Shown here in pieces: positions 21,671-31,249 of a stretch of DNA of 64,000 nucleotides. The DNA is from Sedimentisphaerales bacterium (GTDB lineage Bacteria > Planctomycetota > Phycisphaerae > Sedimentisphaerales > SM23-30). A model generated the notes under the pieces. It was not told the origin of the DNA. It saw only the letters and a list, made by a program, of their open reading frames with translations, and searched no databases. The stretch covers positions 96,001 to 160,000 of the forward strand of contig CAXXMR010000003.1 of NCBI GenBank assembly GCA_963663805.2. Direction: 5' to 3'. A program made the translations under genes and the position numbers. Positions within the stretch are counted from its first letter, which is position 1. Each line of letters begins with the position of its first letter.

Positions 21671-23035
21671 ATGTTGGATAAGAAGAAATCGGCTCTGAGT
21701 TCATTGTTTGGATTCTGGGCGACGGGTGCGGATAAGTCTGTGATTGAGGATGAGGGGGAGGTTGAACGTCTTTATGTGAGATATCGTCGTCAGATACTGA
21801 TTTTTCTGACGTTTGGTTATGGTTCGTATTATGTCTGCCGGCTGGTGATGTCGGTGGTGAAGAAGCCGCTGATTGACCAGGGGATTTTTTCGCCGACGGA
21901 GCTGGGGATGATTGGGGCGGCGTTGTTTTATGGTTACGCGGTGGGGAAATTTACAAACGGTTTTTTGGCGGACCATTCTAATGCCCGGAAATTTATGGCT
22001 ACAGGTCTGCTGGTTTCGGCGGTGTGTAATATTTTGATGGGGTGTTCGACGGCGTTGAGCGTGTTTATGATTGTCTGGGGGCTTAACGGCTGGTTTCAGG
22101 GTTTTGGGGCGGCTTCGAGTGTGGTTACACTTTCGCACTGGTTCAGTAATCGTGAGCGGGGCGCATTTTATGGGATATGGAGCTCGTCGCACTCGATTGG
22201 TGAAGGTTTGACATTTTTCGGAGTGGCGGTTCTGGTGGAATACTGGGGCTGGCAGAGCGGCTTTATCGGGGCGGGCTTGTTTTGTGGGGCGGCTGCGATT
22301 CTTTTGATAATTTTCCTAAAGGATCGACCGCGCACCTTGGGACTGCCGTCAATCGCGGACTGGAAAAATGACCATGTGGTGCAGGCGAACAAAGACGCTA
22401 CGACTTTTTCGTGCCAGTTAGGAGTGTTTAAGAATCCGGCGGTTTGGGTTTTGGGCGCGGCCAGCGCGACGATGTATATTACCCGTTACGCGGTGAATAA
22501 CTGGGGGATTTTGTATTTGCAGGAGGCGCGGGGGATGAATATTCAATCGGCGGCGACGCTGATGGTTATCAATACGATTGCGGGGATTGGGGGGAGTGTG
22601 GCTTATGGTTTTATTTCTGATAAGCTGTTTGGTGCCAGGCGACCGCCGGTGAATTTGCTTTACGCGCTACTGGAAATCGTCTCTCTGGTTGCGATATTTT
22701 ATTTGCCGCTGGACAGTTACTGGGTATTAGCGGCTGCTTTTGCGGTTTATGGTTTTACTTTGAGCGGACTGCTGGCGGTTCTGGGTGGTCTTTTCGCGAT
22801 AGATATTGTATCGAAAAGAGCGTCGGGTGCGGTACTGGGATTTGTGGGAATTTTCAGTTATATTGGGGCGGCGTTTCAGGAGCAGGTGAGCGGCTGGCTG
22901 ATAGAACGTAATTCGGAAATGGTTGACGGGGTGATGAAATATGATTTTTCCGAGCCGATAATGTTCTGGATAGGCGCTTCGGTTGTGTCGATGATTTTAG
23001 CTGCGTTTTTGTGGAAGGTTCGGATGCAGGATTAA
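21671..23035 (+). CDS. MFS organophosphate:Pi antiporter (GlpT/UhpC family)
   Basis: GYGSYYVCR, NGWFQGFG, HWFSNRERG..YGIWSSSH, DRPRTLGLP. Confidence 0.93.
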   Translation: MLDKKKSALSSLFGFWATGADKSVIEDEGEVERLYVRYRRQILIFLTFGYGSYYVCRLVMSVVKKPLIDQGIFSPTELGMIGAALFYGYAVGKFTNGFLADHSNARKFMATGLLVSAVCNILMGCSTALSVFMIVWGLNGWFQGFGAASSVVTLSHWFSNRERGAFYGIWSSSHSIGEGLTFFGVAVLVEYWGWQSGFIGAGLFCGAAAILLIIFLKDRPRTLGLPSIADWKNDHVVQANKDATTFSCQLGVFKNPAVWVLGAASATMYITRYAVNNWGILYLQEARGMNIQSAATLMVINTIAGIGGSVAYGFISDKLFGARRPPVNLLYALLEIVSLVAIFYLPLDSYWVLAAAFAVYGFTLSGLLAVLGGLFAIDIVSKRASGAVLGFVGIFSYIGAAFQEQVSGWLIERNSEMVDGVMKYDFSEPIMFWIGASVVSMILAAFLWKVRMQD

Positions 23036-23064
23036 CGGCAATATTATATAAGGGCAATATAGAG

Positions 23065-26000
23065 ATGAAGATGGGCTGGTTAGTGGTTTTGGGGATGATA
23101 CTGTTTGGGTCGACTGCCTGGGGCAGTGATTATGATGTTTACTGGGTTGGCGGTGGTGGGGAGTACTGGGATGTCGAGGCGAACTGGCAGCAAGGGGCTG
23201 AGAGTCTGGGCTGGGGCATTCCGGGGATGGTGACTGAGGGGCAGGAGTGGAACTCCAATAAGGGGTTCGCTCTTATCGAAAGCAGCCAGGCAGTTCTGGA
23301 TGGTTTGCACAGTCCCAATGGCAGGATTGAGCGGGTTTATATCGGCGGGTCGGCGGGGAGTAGTCTGGTAAATGATGGGGGTGATAATACGTGTTATAAG
23401 TTTTTTACGGCGAGCGAGGCCGGCTGGATCGGTGAATATTGGCAGACGGCAGGGACCTGGACGGTTGATAGTTATACCTATTTTGGGCAGGGGGCCAATA
23501 GTGAATTTGTGATGACTCTTCAGGGTGGGGTGTTTGAAACGAATGATTATGTTTATGCGCCCTCGGCGGAGGTTTCCGGTTCGGATACGACCATCAATGT
23601 CGCAGGTGGTACGTTTCGGCTGAACTCAAATCTTTACGCGGGTAACCGGGCAGGGTGTGAGACGGTGATAAATCTATCGGCGGGTTTGATAGAGCATAAC
23701 GGGGCGAATTTTTGTCTGTCTAATCGCGGGGACGCTTATCTAAATATCAGCGGCGGTTTATTTCAGACTAACGCCCTTGACCGGCTTCGGGTTGGCTGGG
23801 CAGAGGGTGGTGAAGGTCATATAAAAATCAGCGGGGGCAGTTTTGATGTTAATAAAGAGCTGGCATTGCATCGGGGAAGTTTGCATGTTTATGGTTCGCA
23901 GATAAGCCAGATAGATATTGCCAAACTGCTCTGTGTGGATGGTGCGGGGGAAATTCTGGAGTTTACGCTGGATAGCGGTGGGGTTACTCCGATGGTGATT
24001 ACGGATGACATAGTGGGCAATACCGGGGCGGATTTGGATGACTGTACGCTCAAGATAAATGTTACGGCTGATTTCGCGGTGAGTGCGGGCTGCCGGGTGG
24101 TGGTTTTGTCGGCGTCTTCGATAATTACCGACGGCAGGCTTTCGATAGTGAATACGGACGATGTTTATCGTTTTGGCTATGAGATAGAATACGACAGCGG
24201 GACGGGGCGTTATAATCTGGTGCTGGTTTTGCAGGATGATGAATTTACCTGGGTTGGCGGGCAGGGATACTGGGATGATGGGGCGAACTGGAGCGATTAT
24301 GTGGTGCCGGGTTCGCAGAGTAATGCTTTCGTGCGGGATGGCCTGGTGATGATACCCTTGCTGGGGACATGCCGGGCAAACACTCTGTCGATAGATGACG
24401 CGACGCTGGCAATGGATTATGGTACGTTGCGGCTTACGTCTGATTTGTACGCCGGCTGCGAGGATGGTTCTCAGGTTGTGATAGACCAGACCGGCGGTAA
24501 TCTGGAGGTCGGAGGGCTGGTGAGTCTGGGGTATGACGGCTCGGAATCAATTGATGCGAGTTATAATATAAGCGGCGGCAGTTTGGCTATAGGGGGAGAT
24601 GTGATGGTGGGTGGATTCAATAACAATGGTGACTATGTTCAGTCGGGGGGGGCGGCGGTTATTGGTGGGAATTTATGCTGCGGCTGTGACGGCGGATTTG
24701 GAGTGGTTGAGGTTTCAGGCGGTTCGCTGGAGGTTGATGGTTATACGGTAATTCGAGACGGCGAGTTTCGGGTGCTGGGTTCGACGATAGATTCTGTTCG
24801 GCTAAACCGGCTGGATATGGAAAATGAGGCGTATTCGATTTTTGTGGCCGGAATTGATGCCGGTGGGGTGACTACGGTTGATATAGTTGGTGATTATGTG
24901 AAACTGGATGGGGCGCGGATACGGGTTGAGCCTTTGGCGGGTTACGCGGCGAAATATGGCGACACTTTTGACATAATCCGTATCCCGGCGACTAAAACTG
25001 TTCGGCTGGTGGATACGGAAGTTGAGTCGGCGACAGGGCAGAAATATACCGCCGCGCTGGTTTACAGCAATGGATATAAATATATCCGTTTGACGGTGGC
25101 GAGTCATTCGCTGCCGATGACGGTATTTCGTTATCGTTCGTATATCGAGGACAGGCCGGCTTCGGTTTCGGAAACGGTTTCGACGATTAGTCACAGTGCA
25201 GGGACCAGTGATATTATAACTTACGACAGGGGGGAGGGGTTTAATGATTTTTATTGTACACGGTTTGATGGTAGTGATTATCTGCGGGCGGTTGGGCCTG
25301 TTGGCACGTTTGACCATGTGCTGCCGGTTGAGCAGTTGGGGGCGGGGTATTCCGATTCGTTTACGGTGGAAGTTTGGTTTCGTCCTGACGGCACCAGTGG
25401 AACGCAGACGCTTTTGTCTAACCTGGATGACGGTGGGTTCGCGTTGAAAATTACAGATGGTCAGTTGCGCGGTGAGTGTGTGTTCAGTGGTTCTGACGGC
25501 GGCGGGGCGGTTAGTCATGACATTGCGGGCGGTTTGGTAGAGGCGGACGTTTGGTATCATGCGGCGTTTGTGGTGAAAAAGGGGCAGGCGGACGATTATG
25601 AATTGCGGCTTTATCTTGACGAGCGGTTGGCGGTGCGGGAAAGAGTAACGGGTTACGCCGGTGTTGTGCAGAGCGAGGCATGTCTGATGATGGGATCGCG
25701 GCCTGTTGATGATGGACCGGCGGGGGAATATTTCACGGGTTATATTCACGCGGGTCTGATAAGCAATTATGCCAAGAGTGAGGTATATCTGACTTCGCAA
25801 TGTTTGCGGGACGGCAGCAGTTATCTGGGGATGACGGATTGCCATGACTATCTGGACGCTCATAAAGGTTTTGATATTCGGCTTGATGAAAATTTTGCCA
25901 GATACAGTGATTTAGGCAGATATATGGGTAAGCGTTATCTGTTTCCTCTGATAGATGACGGCTATGTTCCGCAGGCGATAGCGTTTGATGGTGTCGATAA

Positions 26001-26958
26001 GATATATGTTTCCTGCTTTTGGTATGATGTTGATTTGTCAAAATATGAATATCCTTCGGTTCTGGCAGAGTTGACCACGGAAGGGCGTTTGCTGAGGGTT
26101 ATGCAGTTGTTCAAGCCGGACGGTTCTGATTTTGTCTGGCACAGCGGCGGTATTGCGTATTATGACGGACGCATTTATATTGTGGGCAGTAACGATATTT
26201 GTCGCTTTACGCTGGATGCTAACAGCTCTAATATTATCAATCCTCAGACGTTGGCCAATATTCGTCATGACGCGAATCCTTTGGTTGCCGATGCGATATA
26301 TTATAATCTGAATTTGAGTCCCAATCTAAGCATGGGCGGGGCGTCGATGGCCTGTGATTCGGATGGTACGCCTCTTTTGTGGACTACCGAGTTTTCGGCG
26401 GATTCTTATCGGTATCTCATTGCTCATGAGATTGCTCCGAATGGTTCAATCAGTACGACTCAGGCCCCCAGGTATGTGTTTAGTCTGCCGGTGTTCAGCG
26501 TTCAGGGTATTAGCTGTTATGAGATTAGCGATACCCAGATTCGCGTTTATTTTTCACAGAGTACCGGTGATAATCCAAGCTATGTTTACGACGTGCTTTA
26601 CAATAAGTCCAGCATCGCAATAGGGGAGGTAAGCACGATTTTTACCTGTCCCGGCGGTATTCAGGCGCTGACGATGATAGGCGACGGGCTTTGGTCGGTG
26701 GCTGAGTCGGGTTCGAAAGTTTTCCAGAAGCGTGTCGAGGATTATTGGCGGGAGATGTTCCCGTTTGTGTTTTTGATTTCGTTTGGTAATTGCGATGTCA
26801 ATAACGACGGTGCGACAGATATACTGGATTTGTCGGAGCTTGTCTATCAGTGGTTGGGAGAGCCATTGGTGCCTTCGGCGGATATTTATCCAGAAGCCGG
26901 CGACGGGGTGGTTGATTTGTATGATTTTGTAGAGTTCGGCAATTGCTGGCTTATGTAG
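23065..26958 (+). CDS. Large secreted protein paralogous to 16079-20416 in its N-terminal half; LamG, beta-propeller-like and dockerin-like C-terminus
   Basis: Signal peptide from ATG 23065; shared LCVDGAGE.LEF and ADLDDCTL; FTVEVWF..WYHAAFV; YVPQAIA; DVNNDGATDILDL. Confidence 0.85.
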   Translation: MKMGWLVVLGMILFGSTAWGSDYDVYWVGGGGEYWDVEANWQQGAESLGWGIPGMVTEGQEWNSNKGFALIESSQAVLDGLHSPNGRIERVYIGGSAGSSLVNDGGDNTCYKFFTASEAGWIGEYWQTAGTWTVDSYTYFGQGANSEFVMTLQGGVFETNDYVYAPSAEVSGSDTTINVAGGTFRLNSNLYAGNRAGCETVINLSAGLIEHNGANFCLSNRGDAYLNISGGLFQTNALDRLRVGWAEGGEGHIKISGGSFDVNKELALHRGSLHVYGSQISQIDIAKLLCVDGAGEILEFTLDSGGVTPMVITDDIVGNTGADLDDCTLKINVTADFAVSAGCRVVVLSASSIITDGRLSIVNTDDVYRFGYEIEYDSGTGRYNLVLVLQDDEFTWVGGQGYWDDGANWSDYVVPGSQSNAFVRDGLVMIPLLGTCRANTLSIDDATLAMDYGTLRLTSDLYAGCEDGSQVVIDQTGGNLEVGGLVSLGYDGSESIDASYNISGGSLAIGGDVMVGGFNNNGDYVQSGGAAVIGGNLCCGCDGGFGVVEVSGGSLEVDGYTVIRDGEFRVLGSTIDSVRLNRLDMENEAYSIFVAGIDAGGVTTVDIVGDYVKLDGARIRVEPLAGYAAKYGDTFDIIRIPATKTVRLVDTEVESATGQKYTAALVYSNGYKYIRLTVASHSLPMTVFRYRSYIEDRPASVSETVSTISHSAGTSDIITYDRGEGFNDFYCTRFDGSDYLRAVGPVGTFDHVLPVEQLGAGYSDSFTVEVWFRPDGTSGTQTLLSNLDDGGFALKITDGQLRGECVFSGSDGGGAVSHDIAGGLVEADVWYHAAFVVKKGQADDYELRLYLDERLAVRERVTGYAGVVQSEACLMMGSRPVDDGPAGEYFTGYIHAGLISNYAKSEVYLTSQCLRDGSSYLGMTDCHDYLDAHKGFDIRLDENFARYSDLGRYMGKRYLFPLIDDGYVPQAIAFDGVDKIYVSCFWYDVDLSKYEYPSVLAELTTEGRLLRVMQLFKPDGSDFVWHSGGIAYYDGRIYIVGSNDICRFTLDANSSNIINPQTLANIRHDANPLVADAIYYNLNLSPNLSMGGASMACDSDGTPLLWTTEFSADSYRYLIAHEIAPNGSISTTQAPRYVFSLPVFSVQGISCYEISDTQIRVYFSQSTGDNPSYVYDVLYNKSSIAIGEVSTIFTCPGGIQALTMIGDGLWSVAESGSKVFQKRVEDYWREMFPFVFLISFGNCDVNNDGATDILDLSELVYQWLGEPLVPSADIYPEAGDGVVDLYDFVEFGNCWLM

Positions 26959-27015
26959 CCCAGGCGTTCAGCCAACCAGGTTTTTCAGGCGGTAAAACGT
27001 CTCGAAAAACCATAA

Positions 27016-27608
27016 ATCAATGACCACCAGCAGAGCCGGTGGTATGAGGAAGGCCCCTAAAAGGGGCCATTACAGTTAGTCTAATCCTTTTTCATTATTT
27101 TGCTCATGTTTATCCTGATCTTGAATGTACTTACGAATATAGGCTTCATCAAGACCAACGGTACTTACACAATAGCCGCGAGCCCAAAAACTGCGGCCAA
27201 AAAGAGTGCCTTTGGTACGCATCAGATCACGAGAAATACGGATGGCACTTTTACCTTTGAGATAACCGATTGTCATGGCGATGCTGTATTTGGGCGGAAC
27301 ACTCAGGAGCATATGAATATGATCTGCCATGGCGTTACCCTCTATAAGCTCTATCCCGTGTTGGCGACACAGTTCTCGCAATATCGCACCTATTTCCTTT
27401 CGCAACTTACCAAATATTGCTTTGCGACGATATTTGGGTACAATAACAACATGATACTTACAGTCCCATTTTACATGGGCCTGACTCTGCCAGTCTTTCA
27501 TAGTGTCCTCCTTGACCCCAGGAGCCTTCCTCAAGGAGGACCATTGTAACGCACTTAACGGCAGAGCCTTATAAATTCTCACCGGCAGAGCCGGTGGATT
27601 AACTTGGA
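27016..27608 (-). mobile_element. IS200/IS605 family element (tnpA only), copy 1
   Basis: 593 bp; subterminal hairpins CACCGGCTCTGCCGGTG (one variant); near-identical to the copies at 43028 and 62798. Confidence 0.95.
27076..27501 (-). CDS. tnpA: IS200/IS605 Y1 (HUH) transposase
   Basis: YHVVIVPKYRR, DHIH, LKGKS, FWARGY, YIQDQ; start MKDW after AGGAGG. Confidence 0.96.
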   Translation of the reverse strand: MKDWQSQAHVKWDCKYHVVIVPKYRRKAIFGKLRKEIGAILRELCRQHGIELIEGNAMADHIHMLLSVPPKYSIAMTIGYLKGKSAIRISRDLMRTKGTLFGRSFWARGYCVSTVGLDEAYIRKYIQDQDKHEQNNEKGLD

Positions 27609-27764
27609 TTTAACTCCAAAGTGTGAGATGTGGGGTTGTTATGTTACGTGACTGAAGTGTAAGTCAGAACATTAGCAAGAGTAAAAAACTGGGTGCGTAT
27701 AAAGCTGATTTTTGACCAAATATGGCTGATTATAAAGCAAAGATAAACTCAATTTGCAAAATCA

Positions 27765-27935
27765 ATGAACTGTACCGGTTCCTATTGTGTCGATGCTGAT
27801 CATATGGGTCTCAAAAACGTTGACTTTTTTATGGAAGCCAGTGTTTTCACGCTGGACGTAGCTGATTTCATGGGCAAGTCTGCCAGCGACCAGGCCGTCG
27901 CCGAGTTTGTTCGCGGATGTGAAAAATATATCGGC
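27765..27935 (+). pseudogene. Fragment of a tagaturonate/fructuronate epimerase-like gene
   Basis: YCVDADHMGLKNVDFFMEASVFTLDVADFMG resembles the UxaE DADH...FFTIDVADFIG segment. Confidence 0.6.
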
Positions 27936-28004
27936 GTACGTTTTCACCGCCTCGGGCATTCCGCCGACAAGGAAATAGTGCTTTAGCTCACGAATAATAT
28001 CCTG

Positions 28005-28244
28005 TTGTGATGGCTATAATATTGCCGGCCATATCTTCAACAATGAAATCTACCTCGTGTACTTGACGTTCTTCTTTCGCTTGTGCTGCTTCAGGTACAT
28101 GCACATATTATCGCAGAGGAAAAACACCTTGCAATAGGCCAGGTCTGTACCAGAGTCAATATCGAACTCCAATCGCCGCTCACAACTCAAAACCACAGAA
28201 AATATTTTTTTTAACGCTTTTAGCCACTAAGTGAGAAATTGGGG
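28005..28244 (-). pseudogene. Scraps: possible IS1634 transposase start (ATG 28100) joined to a DUF4143-like fragment
   Basis: MYLKQHKRKKNVK downstream of a CCCAATTTCTCAC end; EVDFIVEDMAGNIIAI in another frame. Confidence 0.3.
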
Positions 28245-28318
28245 TTAAGCCACAAGCTCTTTACTGCTGCCCTTGAATCGCAAAAGCAGGGAGAGACTAT
28301 TGTGCTATAACCGTGATA

Positions 28319-29527
28319 TTATAGTAATTGTGAGAGAAAAGTTTTCGCCGGTACAATCATGGGGCAATCTCGAGGTGAAAAACAATTAGCATCAACATAG
28401 TCGGTGTCTACAACAACTTGAAATGCAAATGGTGCCTTTGTTTGTTTCTGGAAGAATTTCAAGGACGGGCTCACAGTTTTGTCGGCATATTTAACCTCGG
28501 CAAGAAACCAGGGGTGTCCATCTTTGATGACAACAAAGTCTACTTCTCGTTGATTTCTATCTCTTAAATATCCAAGCTGAAAATTGCCAAGTCCCATATC
28601 GTTCCAGCCTTCTACGGCTTTTAAGAGGTGGCAGGCGACAAAGGTTTCTGCTTTTTCTCCAATATCTTCAATTGCCGACCAGTCTCGAAGGAACCATTTG
28701 GGTTCTTTCCTGAGTGAACGTGAAATATTTTTAAACCAGGGCCTGACCAGAAAACCTAGATGCAAATTACAGAGGGTGGTTGTCCAGCGACGAACGGTAT
28801 CAACAGAAACTTGTATTTCGGAGGCCAGATTACTGTAAATAAGCTGATGGCCCGAACGTGCCGCAAGCAATCTTACTAAAAGTTCAAGTTGGTCCAATTG
28901 ATGAATTTGAGTTAAATCTCGAACATCCTCACGGAGCAGCTGTTGTGACCGAAGGTTTTGCCATCGCTTGCTGAATCGACTGTCTCTTTTAAGAAATGGC
29001 TCGGGATATCCACCATGATTCCAGAGAGCCAAAAAGTCATCGTCACTTATTTGTTTTTGAGTACGGATGATTTTGTCTGAATTTGGCAAGTCTTGACATG
29101 TTGTCTCTGCCACAGAAAACGGATGCATATGATAAAGGAAATATCGCCCCATTAAACTATCGCCGCCGCGACGATAGACATCCATTCGTGAACTGCCGGT
29201 TACCAGAATATTAACATCATTAGCATAGGTGTCGAAAAAACCTTTTAGAAATTGCTTCCAGCGGGCAAATTTATGCAATTCGTCAAATAGGACGACCGGC
29301 TTCGATTGGTTTAGAATGTTAAGTCCTATTTTTTCTGCAACAGCTCCAGGGCCTTTAACTATCAATGCTCGGTTGTCAGTGTTGTCCCAGTTAAGGTATT
29401 GTTCAACAAGATTTCTGCAAGTTGTAGTTTTACCCACCTGCCTTGGGCCGCTGATAAATGCCATCTGCCGTTGAGACGATAGATGTTCTGATAATAGCGA
29501 ATCGTAAAATCTATTTTGAGCATTCAT
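28319..29527 (-). CDS. AAA+ ATPase with DUF4143 domain
   Basis: GPRQVGKT, LFDELHK, VTGSS, GGYPE, REVDFV..LAEVK. Confidence 0.93.
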   Translation of the reverse strand: MNAQNRFYDSLLSEHLSSQRQMAFISGPRQVGKTTTCRNLVEQYLNWDNTDNRALIVKGPGAVAEKIGLNILNQSKPVVLFDELHKFARWKQFLKGFFDTYANDVNILVTGSSRMDVYRRGGDSLMGRYFLYHMHPFSVAETTCQDLPNSDKIIRTQKQISDDDFLALWNHGGYPEPFLKRDSRFSKRWQNLRSQQLLREDVRDLTQIHQLDQLELLVRLLAARSGHQLIYSNLASEIQVSVDTVRRWTTTLCNLHLGFLVRPWFKNISRSLRKEPKWFLRDWSAIEDIGEKAETFVACHLLKAVEGWNDMGLGNFQLGYLRDRNQREVDFVVIKDGHPWFLAEVKYADKTVSPSLKFFQKQTKAPFAFQVVVDTDYVDANCFSPRDCPMIVPAKTFLSQLL

Positions 29528-29722
29528 GCCAGCTATTATTAAAGTGTGTCGTAAAATTGTCAAGGTCATTTTTTGATATATCGTATTTTGGTCTAGAGAA
29601 TGTCATGTAATGACAACATATTACTATTGTTGCCACACCTCCGGCACTGTTTTGGTCACTCATGAGATTGATATCCACATAAGTGTTTATTTGTTAGAAT
29701 CTTATGTTTATACCTCCTCATG

Positions 29723-29763
29723 CTTCCAAGCTGGCCATGTGAGTTCGATTCTCATCGCCCGCT
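29723..29763 (+). other. 3' half of tRNA-Gly(TCC); probable attachment site
   Basis: CTTCCAA GCTGG CCAT GTGAG TTCGATT CTCAT CGCCCGC T; 5' acceptor strand and D arm absent. Confidence 0.8.
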
Positions 29764-30158
29764 TTTTGCCATTGTTTGACGGGGGTTGTCTGGATTTGTC
29801 TAAGTTTTTATTTTGTAGGCACTTGTGCGCGTTGCAGGCTGGTGTGTTGGGGGCATGTTTTGTCAGCAATAGACAGCCCTACCCTCGCGCAGCCTGTCAT
29901 CCGGCACCAAAATGGGCACCGGGCAGCACCGTTTTGGTCACCGGTGGGGCGGGGGGTGGTGCTGGAGATGGCTGGTGAGGGGGGGTGTTCGGTTGGTGGG
30001 GAATTTCTTCGCTATTTTTCCAGCTTCCGCAAATCGCTCGTCCTGTTTTTGACCGGGGTATTGCCCGCAATCCGGCTCGCTCAGAATCTTTCTATTCTTC
30101 GAAATTAAACTCCTGGCTGAGTGGGCTGCCCTATGTAATTGGTTGATATCTCAACAGA

Positions 30159-31244
30159 CTATTTTTCGCACACCTGCTGATGCAGCTTCGCCAGCTTGCT
30201 AAATGTAAGGGACTGTAGTTTCAATCTCCCAGAAGTTTTTTCCCAACGGTATATACTGGCGGGGGTCACATCAAGTCGGTTCGCAAATTCAGATACTGAA
30301 AGTTTTAACCGATTACGCAGCCTTGCTACCGACTTACCTGTTGGTCGGATGCTTGGAAGGTAGGTGGTTTCTGGATTACTCCTGGTTAAATTTGATTTTG
30401 CAGCTATTTTCTTCGTAGATTTTCTGAGTTTGGGGAAGGTTTTCTTTTGCTTCGCGGCAGTTTTGGCCTTTTTTGCGATTCGTTTTTTTGTCGCAGGAGA
30501 TGTTGAAGCCGCCTTTTTCGGAACTTCATCATTCAGATCCATATCAATATCAAAAATATCGGCGATCTGGTCATTGGCAATAGTCTTGCCGACACCAGCC
30601 GCGGTATCCGGCAGGGCAATCTCGCCGGCAATCAATTCAGTGGCGTCAACACCGCGAAGCGTGAATAACAGTTCGGGTTGACTGTCAAGTCGATTTCCGA
30701 TGCCGTACAAAACGGCTGCGACATGCTTACACATTACCGCCCAGTCCGGGCAATCACAACTGAGCTTGATCTGACCGGGCAGCGGCAGTAGTCCATTTTT
30801 TCGATCGGTCACTATGGACATTATCTGGTCGGACAATTTGCCTTGAAGCAGCTCAAGCATCGAACCTATTTGCCCGCTGCACTTTTTCTTAATGGTTTTC
30901 CAGACAGAACTGCGTAAACTTTCGATTTTTATCGTGACATTATATAGTTCCGAACCGCTGACAATAGCTTCGATTTTTCCCGATTCGATATTCAAATGAC
31001 ATATTGAACCGTTACGTGCATAAGTTCGGCCGCGCGGCAGGCGGTTGGAATAATCAGAAAAAGATTCGAGATGCTCGCACCACGCTTTACCCCAGAAACT
31101 GCGGGCAATGGCTCGCCCTTCAATTTCTACCGGTTGAATGTTATGGCCTTTCTTGCGAAGTTTATTCATTTGTCGCAAGGCCTTGGCCCGTCGCTGGGCG
31201 ACAGAAACATAAGGACGCCAGGGATAAAATGACATAATAAACAT
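30159..31244 (-). CDS. SWIM zinc-finger protein with C-terminal XRE-type HTH
   Basis: NRLPRGRTYARNG; CDCPDWAVMCKH; LSVSEFANRLDVTPASIYRWE. Confidence 0.9.
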   Translation of the reverse strand: MFIMSFYPWRPYVSVAQRRAKALRQMNKLRKKGHNIQPVEIEGRAIARSFWGKAWCEHLESFSDYSNRLPRGRTYARNGSICHLNIESGKIEAIVSGSELYNVTIKIESLRSSVWKTIKKKCSGQIGSMLELLQGKLSDQIMSIVTDRKNGLLPLPGQIKLSCDCPDWAVMCKHVAAVLYGIGNRLDSQPELLFTLRGVDATELIAGEIALPDTAAGVGKTIANDQIADIFDIDMDLNDEVPKKAASTSPATKKRIAKKAKTAAKQKKTFPKLRKSTKKIAAKSNLTRSNPETTYLPSIRPTGKSVARLRNRLKLSVSEFANRLDVTPASIYRWEKTSGRLKLQSLTFSKLAKLHQQVCEK

Positions 31245-31249
31245 CTCCT

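Noticed and set aside
29610..30108. ORFs 29610-29978 and 29776-30108
   Set aside because: The first overlaps the tRNA fragment; both cross low-complexity DNA and lack an RBS or motif support.
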